Assembly (NCBI GenBank): GCA_904063045.1
Contig: CAJFCJ010000001.1
Location: 372,001 to 436,000, forward strand
Reading direction: 5' to 3'
Source: Dimorphilus gyrociliatus
Lineage: Eukaryota > Animalia > Annelida
DNA: 64,000 nt
Shown here: positions 13,589 through 24,459 of the stretch, piece by piece
How the letters are laid out: each line of letters begins with the position of its first letter
Numbering within the stretch: position 1 is the first letter of the stretch
Position numbers and translations under genes: made by a program
The notes under the pieces: model-generated
The model's input: only the letters and a program-made list of their open reading frames with translations
Database searches by the model: none
What the model was told of the DNA's origin: nothing

Positions 13589-13603
13589 CCAACAGATGGC
13601 GAC
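13589..13603 (+). promoter_or_regulatory. CTCF-like motif CCAACAGATGGCGAC upstream of MIOX
   Basis: Motif match about 330 bp upstream of the MIOX ATG. Confidence 0.5.
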
Positions 13604-14407
13604 ATTACACGCATACATTTATTTAAATTAGAAAAAGTAGTCGAAACAGTTAGCCATGTGGTTAAATTTGTTGGGTTTTTCATTAATTTTGATGTCGCCT
13701 ATCTCTAAACCATTGAAACGTATAAACTGTTTAGTTACGACTCGTCAAATCAAATCTGACTAAAACTACGCACAAAAAACTGTAATCAGATTTTCAAAAT
13801 CAATGGTTCATTATACATTACAGTATTAATGAATGTAGTATTAATCAATGAAGTTTTATGCATAAATAGTATATAAATCAAAATATCATTTTATCAATTA
13901 ATTATTACTATAAAGAAATTCATGTTTGAAAGGTTTTAGCAAAAAAAAATGCAGTAAAAAAAAATAGAAATATGTGAAATATTTCATTCAGTTGATGTAA
14001 TAATTCAATACGAAGAAAAAACACATCTCTAACCGATGGACTTTTATCTTCTATTTTTTTAATTTAAGCTTTAAAACTATTGGTTAAATTTGTAACTAGA
14101 AATCCGCTTATCTTAATCTATAATTACTTCGAATTTGGAAATGAGGTCAAATAACAAAGTATTAAGTCTAAGTTAATTGGAGAGTACTTAAAATATGTTC
14201 AATTCTTTTCTTCTCAAGGCCGTATTCCCTTGTTATTTGAACAGCGCAAAAGGAATTAGTGTGAAGAAACGCGAATTCAATTGGATAGATTCAGTTGTGC
14301 TATTTTCTCTCTCTTTTTAATTATTATTATATAAATAACAAATGTTAATTAAGCAAGAAACAAAAGTGAATAGAAATTATTGATAAGTGTAACGTTGGTC
14401 AGTCACA

Positions 14408-14760
14408 CTACTGTATTGAGCAGGCGTCATTTAAAGTGGCCACCATTGCGGATCCTTTTTTTGATTTTTCCGCTTTTAGAGGTCGATGGATACTTTTGAA
14501 GAAGCTATCCGGTTTTTTCATTCTTGAAGATGTATGTCCACTTTTTATTATAGAAGCCGTTAGACGATCTAATTGAAAGAAAAAGCCACAAGTTAAATGT
14601 GAAAGTTAAAGAAAAGAGGACATTAACCTAACGCTGCTCCAGCTAACATATCACCAAGACCACCCGAACCAAATACTCGTTCACATTTATCGCAATCCCG
14701 GCACCGGGAACAAACACAGTGGCAGTTGATTCTAAAACATCGAGCATTAGTACAGCACAT
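14408..14760 (-). CDS. Small Cys-rich protein, 97 aa, two exons; not in the ORF track
   Basis: complement(join(14628..14760,14408..14568)); canonical 59-nt GT-AG intron in matching phase. Protein: MCCTNARCFRINCHCVCSRCRDCDKCERVFGSGGLGDMLAGAALDRLTASIIKSGHTSSRMKKPDSFFKSIHRPLKAEKSKKGSAMVATLNDACSIQ*. Confidence 0.55.
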
Positions 14761-15045
14761 TCTCCACCTTTTTTACTTTTCCAATGAGTTTCTGTTCTGA
14801 AGTAGTGAAATCTCCATTTTGAAACTATATTCCTTTACAAAACTGTCGGTCGTATTGATCGTAATCTTCAAGATATATTGATTGATCAGTAATAAATATG
14901 TGAAAAATTTTCTTAGTCATTTACCTCCGTGGAAGGCTTGTTGATTACAAACTTTAAATTATCTAATATATTCAGGTTATTTTCCTCCTCTTCTTATCCA
15001 CTTGTTCTGATCTCTCGAAATAAATAAAAAACTTTTTAAGTACAG

Positions 15046-15056
15046 AGCGCCATCTA
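15046..15056 (-). promoter_or_regulatory. CTCF-like motif TAGATGGCGCT between the Cys-rich gene and the nAChR
   Basis: Exact copy of the recurrent 11-mer. Confidence 0.5.
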
Positions 15057-15736
15057 TCGACAAGTTCTAACACCTTATGTCTCTCGAGACCGTTAGAGGT
15101 CATAGATACTGCTTTTGAGCGTCTAATCTGTTATTAATACTCATATATTTAATACAGAACAGTAAACGCTAGGGGATTAAAGATGGTAAAGCTGCACATC
15201 GAGATATATGAACACATTTTTCATTACGTAATATAATCCAGATATCTCTGGGCTTAAAAATACACATATCAATCATGTATTCAAGCCTAAATACTATCAA
15301 AATCAATAGAGTCACAGATTTTTAAAGATAGTAGATTTTTTCCTCGACCCCTCTAAACTGGCATTTTTAAACGATCAATTCGCATCCACAGTGTAATTTT
15401 TATCCTTTATGCAAAAGGTTAGGGGTTATATGAATGTGGATAACTTACAACCCGAAATGTATTTATATATAAATAATAAATAATTGTATAAAATTTATAA
15501 AAGGCATATCAAGAATCAAGGGAAATAGTTAACTATCGTATTAATTCTTTCAAAGGATTAACCAAATTGCTTATAGTATATACCAAAGTTTCCTAATCCG
15601 CCTCGAGCGGATTATGTGCCTCCGATCTAAGTATACTCGATTATTATTCAGTCTGAATAGGGTACGGGGCGGTTGGGATTTTTTTACGACCGAATAATAG
15701 GCGGAGAATTATAGACTACTCTTTCTTGCCTACAAA

Positions 15737-15749
15737 ACGCCCCCTGGTG
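15737..15749 (-). promoter_or_regulatory. Canonical CTCF core CACCAGGGGGCGT in the nAChR promoter/5' region
   Basis: Near-consensus match about 150 bp upstream of the ATG. Confidence 0.55.
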
Positions 15750-15890
15750 TCGGATAATTTCCTTTAACTTCTGCCATTCGACTTCTTCGTTAACTGAGAG
15801 ATGGGCGACGAAGAATGGTATCAATGAAAAAGTGTTAGAAAGAGAATAGAAGAGGAAAAGTTTGCTGGAAGAACATCGTTACGATTTCTA

Positions 15891-18800
15891 ATGTTGCTGC
15901 TGGCGTTAATCGCGACTGCGTTAGGTAAGGTGTTTGCGTTTTTACGTCTATTTCTTTTTCGCCCATTAAATGAGCTGAATACTCCCTCGCTTTCGATTTC
16001 TGAATAGACCCCAGCTGGCGTCGAAAACGCCTGTGATAATATTACAACAAAAGTAACTTAGACTCTTTCCATATTTATCTCTTTCATTTCTTCTTAAAGT
16101 TTCCTTTTAACTGACTGTAAGAAATAGATGATCAGAGAAAGGCAATAAAAGAGAAGGAGAACAAGGCAAATAGAAAAAAAGGGACAACAAATGAGAATCG
16201 GAGCGTTTCGGTTCAGTTTCCTTTCACTCTTGGGGCGTTCCGCTTTACTATTTCTTTTGCTTTTTTATTATTATTATAAATTTTTTCGGTTGCTCAAATT
16301 AATTGTTATAATAATAATAATAATAACGTGTTTATAACTGCTCAGCCGAGAATTTGTTAGTTTACATAACCCCCCGAAGCAGAGAGCAGCAGTCGCCTTT
16401 TATGATTCAAACACCTGTTTGGAGCGATATTTTCGATTTTCGACCAAGTCCTCTTTCTTTTTGTATCTATTTGAGAAAAAAGAACAATTTATTGGGTTTA
16501 TATACTCTTTTTGATATTGAATAGAAGGAAATAAGCGAATTGTAAAATTAAAATGGGATCAATTTCTGCAGAAAATTAGTTTTATCCATTCTTTTTTTTT
16601 TAAATAAAGTTTCTTTTTATGAATAATGGAAAAATTTACACTGTGAATAAGACCGCAATAAGATCAAATTGATTTCTTTATACTTTATAGGCATTCTGTT
16701 CAGAGTACTTAAATTAAAAATTGTCTAAAACGAACGAACATTGCATCCTAGTGTATAATTTTGTAGGAGTACCAGCACATTTTTACATGCTTAATTGCTT
16801 ATTTAAACCTAAACAAACTGGTTCTGTTATTTAAATAAAATACTTAATAATCTCAGTTTTTTAATCGCTGTCACATTGGCCAGAACTCACTATTAAATTG
16901 GTAGCAACATTTTCTTCAATATCCAACCTAAGAGCAATTTTAAACCTATTTTGGTCCTTCTTAGCACATGATGGGTTTGTTCTCCCTGTAATTAATGCAA
17001 TATCTACGAATTCTTTATCTTACTTGAAGAATTTATACGAAGATTGCGACAGTTGCTCGTTCAAGTTATACATGTTTATTCTGTGCATATCTTAGTGTTT
17101 CAACTAAATTCAACTATTGATCGTTTTATGAGGTTAAGAAATCGTTTGAATTCAAACTTGCTTGCCATTGAATATTATCCCCCAGAGGTGTTCGTAATTC
17201 CTTGGGAATAACACTTAATCGCCGGTTACCCTTATTCCTTCTAACATATATATCCTGTTACAAGCTATTTTGGTCTACTGCAGTACAAACATCATACAGC
17301 AAATTTATGCCTATAAAGTAAGCTATTTACCATTTGTTTTTTTATTTTCACAGGTCAAATACTAGGCGGTCATCACGAGGAGCGTCTCATTCGTGATATT
17401 TTCGAAAAGAGAAGGTATAGTGGCTTAGCAAGACCTGTAGAAAATGAAAGCGATCCCTTGGAGGTTGAGTTTGGCTTGTCATTGCAGCAAATTGTCGATG
17501 TCGATGAAAAGAATGAGATGCTACATACAAATATGTGGTTAAAATACGACTGGAAAGACTACAATCTGTCCTGGAACAAATCAGACTATGGAGGCGTCGA
17601 GAGTATACGGCTGCCGTCTAATAAGATATGGACTCCTGATATACTCTTATATAATACAGCTGACGAAGATATAGATAGTAAATATCCGGTCAACGTAGTC
17701 GTTTATAGTTCTGGGGCATGTAATTGGATTCCATTGGGAATATACATCAGTTCTTGTGCCATAGACATTAAATGGTTTCCGTTCGATGATCAATACTGGT
17801 GAGTAGTTTGTGTCATGAATTAGCATCTTCCACTCAATACAGTCTCTTCCCTAATAACAATCAATGTCCCTTTGGCAGCAAAATGAAATTCGGAAGTTGG
17901 ACATACGATGGATCCAAAATCAATCTTACATCCAAAAGCGATACAATAGATATTGAAACCTATCAAAAGAGTGGAGAGTGGATATTATTGGGTGTTCCTG
18001 CCAAAAGGAACATTATTAAATACGAGTGCTGTCCAGAAGAATACATTGACATTACATTCACAATTCATATACGACGAAGAACGCTCTACTATGGATTTAA
18101 TCTTATCATTCCCTGCGCCCTCATTTCCTCCCTAACTCTACTGACGTTCCTTCTTCCGCCCGATGCGGGTGAAAAAATTTCGCTAGGTAAGTCATTTTTC
18201 ATTTTTGTCTTCGTTTAGCTTATTATTTTTTTTACACCAATTATAAGAATTACTGGCTAGTCCATTTCCAGTAATGCGATGCCTCGGTTACTTTTTTCTT
18301 ATTGTAGAACGTATGAAGTAGGCACTTGAGTAAGAAGTTGTATTTATAATCTGATAAGGGAAGAAAGAAATTAATACTTATATACTGTATTTAAAATATA
18401 TTACGTTAGGTTATTTAGTATGTTATACCGGTATATAAAAAAGTCTATTATACTTATTTAATACTCATATCAATAATCGATTTATTACTTAAAAAAATCT
18501 GTCCTTATTTACTACAAAAGATTGTAGCCTTTGATATTTTTTTCAATAACTATACCATTTACTATTAAATTAAGGATTTCTTTTATTATACCAATCCACA
18601 TTGATATAGTTAATTATTATCGTATTAATAATGTCGGAAGCGTTTATTGCCCATTAGTCGTCTTTTAGTTAGATATCCTGTCAGAGAATATATACCCTGC
18701 TTCATATACTGTATACACCTTATATATATATATACAGTATATATGAAAATATATAAATAGAAATATATAGAGGAAAAAGGGAGGGAATATATTTAATAAA

Positions 18801-21609
18801 GTGGAAAAGGGAGAAAACGCCCCACTTGCCTTATTTATTCTAAAAATAAAAAGGTTTGTGCTCAAGCAAAGGGGAAAAAAGGAAAGAGGAAAAGGGGATG
18901 GAAAAATATAAAGAAACATGGTAAAAGAGGAGAAGGGTAATGCGAAATGCCGTCAGACACTCAAAGTGTATATTGACCTAAGAGTCACGTGATGGCAAGA
19001 AATACCTTAATAGATAAACACTATGAAAGCATGCACTTGAAATTTATATAAATCGGGTCAGGAATTACTATAGATTTTACAAAGAATGGAGAAGTGAAAC
19101 GAGATAACCTAAATATACGTCTGAATAGTTTCGTTTATATAAAGGACAAGAAGTTTATTTCTCCCTCGACCATTCCTTACTCCCTTATCCGAGCAGATAA
19201 GAGTAGCGGTTAAACTAATCGGCTGGAAAGAAACTAAGAGAGGAGGAGACTGTTGAAATTTGACTTTCATGTATCACTTTTCTTCTTCTCTTTCTCGAAA
19301 AATCTTTTAGAAAGAGCTTTAAAGAGCAAGTGAGGCGAGAACCTGCGTAAATAATGTCAAGAGTTTTCCTAAACTATTCTCCTTTTGCCTAACTCCTTTA
19401 GTTCGTGGCGAACCTATTCTATAAACAATCAAGTAAAGATGAACAATCAAATTGACTTTGTCCTAAGATCGACTGATGATAATGGACGAACGCAATGTCA
19501 ATTTTAGTTTAGAGAGCTTTTCGTTGCATTCTTAAGGAGAGCCCCATTATATCATTTGTTTAGCTCCCACGTTGCCCCCTCTCCCCCTCTCTCCCCACTT
19601 GATTCATCTCTTACCATTTACTCTGTCTTCTCCCCCCAATTTTCTTCGAAGCGAAATAAGAAACAAATCAACGAGTTGAACTTTTAATGGTCTGATAAAA
19701 TTCTCTTCGGCGGAAAAGGTTAGGGTTCTCTCCCCTTCCTTTCTTACTTTTTTGCGCTAACTTTATGAATCCCATCTTACTCCATCTTTGATCCTAAAGT
19801 AATTATATATACATAGCTGAGAATTTATGGCGTACAAGTGATATCCTCATGGAGTAAAAATAAATCAACTATAGGATTGGGGGAAGGTCGCTAAAGACGA
19901 GGCATCGCCGCATCTTAAGAAACAACACGTTTATTTATTATTAGGAATAGGTCAAGATAGAACATAGGATTTAAGCTATGATTTATTTTTATATATAAAT
20001 TGAATTTGTTTATAAAAATTATAATTATATTCTAGAAAAAGTATTTATAAATATAATAAGTTATGCCGGGGAAGCATTGCCAGGGGGAGGCCAGTCGAGC
20101 TGGACAAAAAAAGATACTAACTGCAAATACTAACAGGCATTACAATTCTCCTGTCGCTCAGTGTTTTCATGCTAATCGTCGCTGAATCGACACCTCAGAC
20201 ATCTATGGCTGTGCCATTGATAGGTAAGAAACGCTGGCTGACCACCCCCTTCTAAAAAATAAAAACAACAGCAACAACGACCTTTTGCATACATGCAGAC
20301 ACTAAACGCATAATATAATTATTTTAACTATTACGAGTTGCTTTTTTCTCTGAACTACCGAAAACAATTTTTATGCAGTGGTTTGGCTTTGATTTCTTTT
20401 TCCACTATATTGTTTTTTTTTTATTTCCGCTCAATCTCTTTTACGTTATCTTATCTATCCAAGAGAGTATGATAATGGTTTAGAGAATGAATGATTACCA
20501 AAGATTGTGAGACAGAGAGAAAGACCGAAAGAGAGAAAGAGCGAAAGGGAGATAGAGAAAGAGAGACCGAGAGAGAGAGGGAGAGAGAGAGAGAGGGAGA
20601 GAGAAAGGGGAAAAGAAAGAGAGGGGAAATATCTAACTGAAACAAAAAAGAAAATATAAAAGTTGCGTGATTGTGTAACGAAAGATGAAAACGAATTGTA
20701 TTTAAAGCTAAGGTTTTGTAATTGTTTGAATAATATATTTGAATTAATCAATTCTTAAAAAAAAGAAGAAAAATGTAATTAATTAATAATAGAATTATGT
20801 AAAGATAAAAAGAAAAAGCTTAAAAAAATATACACAACCTTCTTTCTTTTTTTTCCTTTACTAACAACGAACTCAGGAATAACAATACTCATGTCATTGA
20901 GCGTCCTCTCACTGATCGTGTCTGAATCAGTTCCAACCACCTCCCTGGCAGTGCCGGTTTTAGGTCAGTAGGTGAGGTCGTCTCGTGTACTAATGTGCTC
21001 ATATAATGGCGCCAAATTTGCCTGACAGGTATTACCATCCTCTTATCGCTCAGTATGTTGATGCTAACTGTCGCCAAAATTGTTCCCAGTACGTCACTTG
21101 GCGTGCCGAGAATTGGTTCGTATTTTACAATAATAATAATAATAACAACAAATAATAATAATAATATTAATAATAATATTAATAATAATAATACATGTTA
21201 CACCTTGCAAGTATCCTGTATTATTAATACTTTTTTTGAGAAAAACTTCATTGAAGTATAGAATTTGAAAATAAAAATAAAAATCAAGTTTTATCTTTAA
21301 TAGTGAAAATTATTAACCCCATTTTGAGAACTATATATATATATATATATATATGAATATATATATCAAACTTCAATAAATCTCTATTCAAGGCCAAATT
21401 TTTAGAAATATGTATATACATATATTTTATATATATATACACCTTTTTCATTCGTATATATGAATAAAAGTATATACATATCACTTTACCGGTCAGGCTG
21501 GCGCCCGATACGTTGTTAATTCTTTTTATTTTATCTTTAATGTATCTAATATTTTTCCATACCTTTTTCTTCTTATAAAAAAATAACAACCTACATCTTT
21601 TCATACATG

Positions 21610-21643
<34 letters not shown>

Positions 21644-22989
21644 GAATACTCTGTAACACTTTAAACTAAAATCAATACAATATACATGTTTTCTTCATGA
21701 ATGAAATGATATATATGTATCAACTGTGTTTTTTTATCCTCCCTCCACCGCCCCTTCCATCCCCTTCTCTTCTACTTTTACACAGTCACCTAAAATTGTT
21801 TTTTTTTGAGCATGCTTGTCTTCTTTCCTTCTTTCTTCTTTCCATATTTTTTCTTTTTTTTTTCTTTTTTTACTTTAATGTTTGTTTATGCATCGAAAAG
21901 CACGAATGTAGAAAAAAAAAAAAAAAACAGAAAATGCTTTTTTGTTTTTTTAAAAAAAAAATATTTATATATATATATACAGTAATTTACGTTATAGCTA
22001 CGGTTTCCATCATTTCTGACACGAATAAAGATAAATATGATAATTATTTTTGTTAATGCGAACCTTTTATTACTCTAAAAATCAAAAGTGATGTTAGTTA
22101 CAAGGGAATTCATAGCTATAATATCAACGTCTTTAAACTATATTAACGATATAGTTTAGAGTACGTGAAAAGATGATAAATGGCTTAGTTGTGACCTACT
22201 TTTTCTTTTTTAATTTCTTTTCCTATAAAGCTTATGATAAAGCATAAAACAGCTGTCTTTCAACAGGAATCTATTTTGCCGCCATCATGTTTATGTGTAG
22301 CCTATCGGTAATCATGACCGTGTTAGTATTGAATTTCCACCATCGAAATCCGGACATGTACGATATGCCCAATTGGGTAAGTTGATTTTCTCTTTTCTTT
22401 CTTTTGCCAATTGGCTCAATTTATTTGGGCAAAAAGTTCTCATACGAAAGGGGACATGTAAGTATACGAAGACAAGAGGCCTAAAGAAGAAGTAACTATC
22501 ATTTGATCACGAATTATTTTTGATAACACTTGAAAGAACACTCTACCTGTACAGATTCGAAAAGTTATTTGCGAGTGGTTGGCATGGATTTTACGCATGT
22601 CAAGACCAGGAAAAGATATATCTAGGGAATTTCTTCTTCGAAAAGCAAGAATGAGAGAACTGGAGAGCAGACATCCTCCCAGTTTAAGCTTATTATCGAA
22701 TGTAAAAGATGTCGATAACGCTATACCATTGAACGACTTCCCTCCACTTCGTTCCATTCGAGTAGATGACGGAGGTTTTACATCAGTTCGAAACGAATTG
22801 TTGGCTATACTCAACGAATTGAGATACATTACTCACAAGATTAAAGAGGATTCGGAAGCTTCCGAAGAGATTAACGATTGGAAATTTGCCGCTATGGTTA
22901 TCGACAGGTTGTGCCTGTGGGTATCGGCCCTATATATGGGTATTACGACAGCGGCTATATTCTTTTCAGCACCGCATCTAGTTAGTTAA
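15891..22989 (+). CDS. Nicotinic acetylcholine receptor alpha subunit, alpha7-like (cation-selective), 472 aa, with three alternative M2 exons
   Basis: join(15891..15924,17354..17798,17879..18186,[one 87-nt exon: 20137..20223, 20877..20963 or 21029..21115],22267..22376,22555..22989); 1419 nt. Signal peptide [21 protein letters not shown], Cys-loop [15 protein letters not shown], loop-B GSWTYDG, vicinal cysteines YECCPEEY, M1 [27 protein letters not shown]3 [10 protein letters not shown]4 [13 protein letters not shown]. Confidence 0.95.
20074..20100 (+). other. Candidate upstream intronic RNA docking element (U) of the nAChR M2 exon cluster
   Basis: GC-rich island in an AT-rich intron. Complementary to 20233-20250 (16 bp) and to exon B 20940-20954 (15 bp). 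Confidence 0.6.
20137..20223 (+). CDS. nAChR alternative M2 exon A: (G)[28 protein letters not shown](G)
   Basis: 87 nt, phase 1/1; acceptor tactaacAG, donor GTAAGA. Confidence 0.9.
20511..20625. repeat. Imperfect (GA)n purine tract between nAChR M2 exons A and B
   Basis: Directly visible. Confidence 0.8.
20877..20963 (+). CDS. nAChR alternative M2 exon B: (G)[28 protein letters not shown](G)
   Basis: 87 nt, phase 1/1; long pyrimidine tract, TACTAAC branch point and CAG acceptor; donor GTCAGT. Confidence 0.88.
21029..21115 (+). CDS. nAChR alternative M2 exon C: (G)[28 protein letters not shown](G)
   Basis: 87 nt, phase 1/1; acceptor ctgacAG with TACTAAT at 20988-20994; weaker donor GTTCGT. 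Confidence 0.82.
21129..21193. repeat. (AAT)n microsatellite just after the exon C donor
   Basis: Directly visible. Confidence 0.85.
21488..21505 (+). other. Candidate downstream intronic RNA docking element (D) of the nAChR M2 exon cluster
   Basis: Isolated GC-rich ACCGGTCAGGCTGGCGCC. Complementary to the exon C 3' splice site region 21008-21030 (17 bp) and to 20232-20243 (12 bp). Confidence 0.65.
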
Positions 22990-24448
22990 TTGTTTCTTCT
23001 TATGTTGCTATCGTCCTTTTATACTCGTGTCAAAAGTTGGTTCTTGTATTTGACTGAACGCTCGTAAAAAACATTAGTCATTTTTTCTACGATCTACGAA
23101 GGATTTAGTGTATATTTTGGTCTTTTTTTTATTATTTTCGTATTTAAGACCTATATTTTCGTAATTAAAACGATTAATATTATTATTTTTTAATTATCTT
23201 TCCCTTTAATTAGTAAATGCTTTTATAATAATTTTTAAATAAAAGGAATAAGCCTCTAGTACCACCTGTCTTGATTGGTTAATGATACATACAAATCTTA
23301 TTTGACCTTTATAAAACTTAAAAAAAGCATTTTTCCATCTAATTTTTTCTGCTCTTCTTTACCACTTAATACAAATAATCTTAAATGCTAAGAAGCATAT
23401 AAAAACAAATATAAGAAAATAAATCAATAATAAAATGGAACAGAGGCTAAACTTCTCCCGCCTCTTTCCACTTTTCCATTTGCTCTCAGTTCCTCCCTCA
23501 TACCCCTTGTCTAATAAGAAAGGAGGAAATGTTCATCTAGCTCTCTTCTCTCTTTTGACAAATTCAACAATTTAAGTAATCTCTGTATAAAATGTGGCCA
23601 ATTGTAAGAAAATGATAGGACACTAGACAAAAATGGAGAAGAGGATACATAGGTCAATATCTTAAAAGTATAAATCGAATATCTGAAAATTATTTTCAAA
23701 CAAAAAGAAAGCTTTAATATAAAGCATGAATAGAATATTTTTTCTTTCAATTTATTGCCAATATTGTGAATTAAACTAGTTAAGTATTTACATATTATAG
23801 GAATGTGGTTTTATAAAGAAAAGATATAAAAAATGAGATCGAGAAAAGAGTTTTATGAAGGAAAGAGAGCGAGGGAGAGAGAGAGAGAGAGGGTGGGGTG
23901 AGGGGGGGGGAAGAACATCTGTCGGATTTCTGTATGCTAGGTATAAAGTGTAAACAAGTTTTAGGCGGCCGATTAGAACAGCTTAGTTCTCCTACTCATT
24001 TTTTATTCTGGTTTTCCTATTTCTTAAATATTTTACAATTTTCTTTATTTTTTAAGTGTTAAGGTTTTATAGACCGAAATGATTATGTTAAGTATTTTAA
24101 TAAGTATACTATTGAAAAATAAAAAAATGTATTCAACTCGTGTTTGCTTATGCAATTTTGAGCTTAACGATCTGTTTAGATAAGCTAAAATGCACAGTAA
24201 ACGAGCCTGTGATTCGTCTCATTAACTTTATCAGTCAAATTTGATTTAAGAGTTAATTCAACTGTTGAAATAAGAGAAATATCTAAATTTTAAATATAAT
24301 ATTTTTATAATAAAACAATTGCTCATATTTTTTCTATTTTATGTGTTTTTATTTCTCTATTAACGTCTTTAGTAGCTTCTACAAGTGTTACTTTTTTCCC
24401 TTTTTCTCATAAATTGTATTTCTTTCTTTCTCGCTCTCTCTCTTCTCT

Positions 24449-24459
24449 AGCGCCATCTA
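24449..24459 (-). promoter_or_regulatory. CTCF-like motif TAGATGGCGCT, intergenic
   Basis: Exact copy of the recurrent 11-mer. Confidence 0.45.

Noticed and set aside
7203-14760. Four consecutive minus-strand genes as a possible trans-spliced operon
   Set aside because: Gaps of about 0.5-1.2 kb with their own CTCF-like or promoter motifs; cannot be supported without SL-containing reads.
19062-19212. Possible fourth nAChR M2 exon: tcAG followed by GITI...
   Set aside because: Similarity ends after four codons ([10 protein letters not shown]...), there is no pyrimidine tract, no donor at +87 and no hydrophobic helix. At most a decayed remnant.
20451-20751. ORF-track entries made of SL/YI/FL repeats (also 21284-22056, 33914-35169, 53470-53776 and similar)
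   Set aside because: They are translations of microsatellites and low-complexity DNA.
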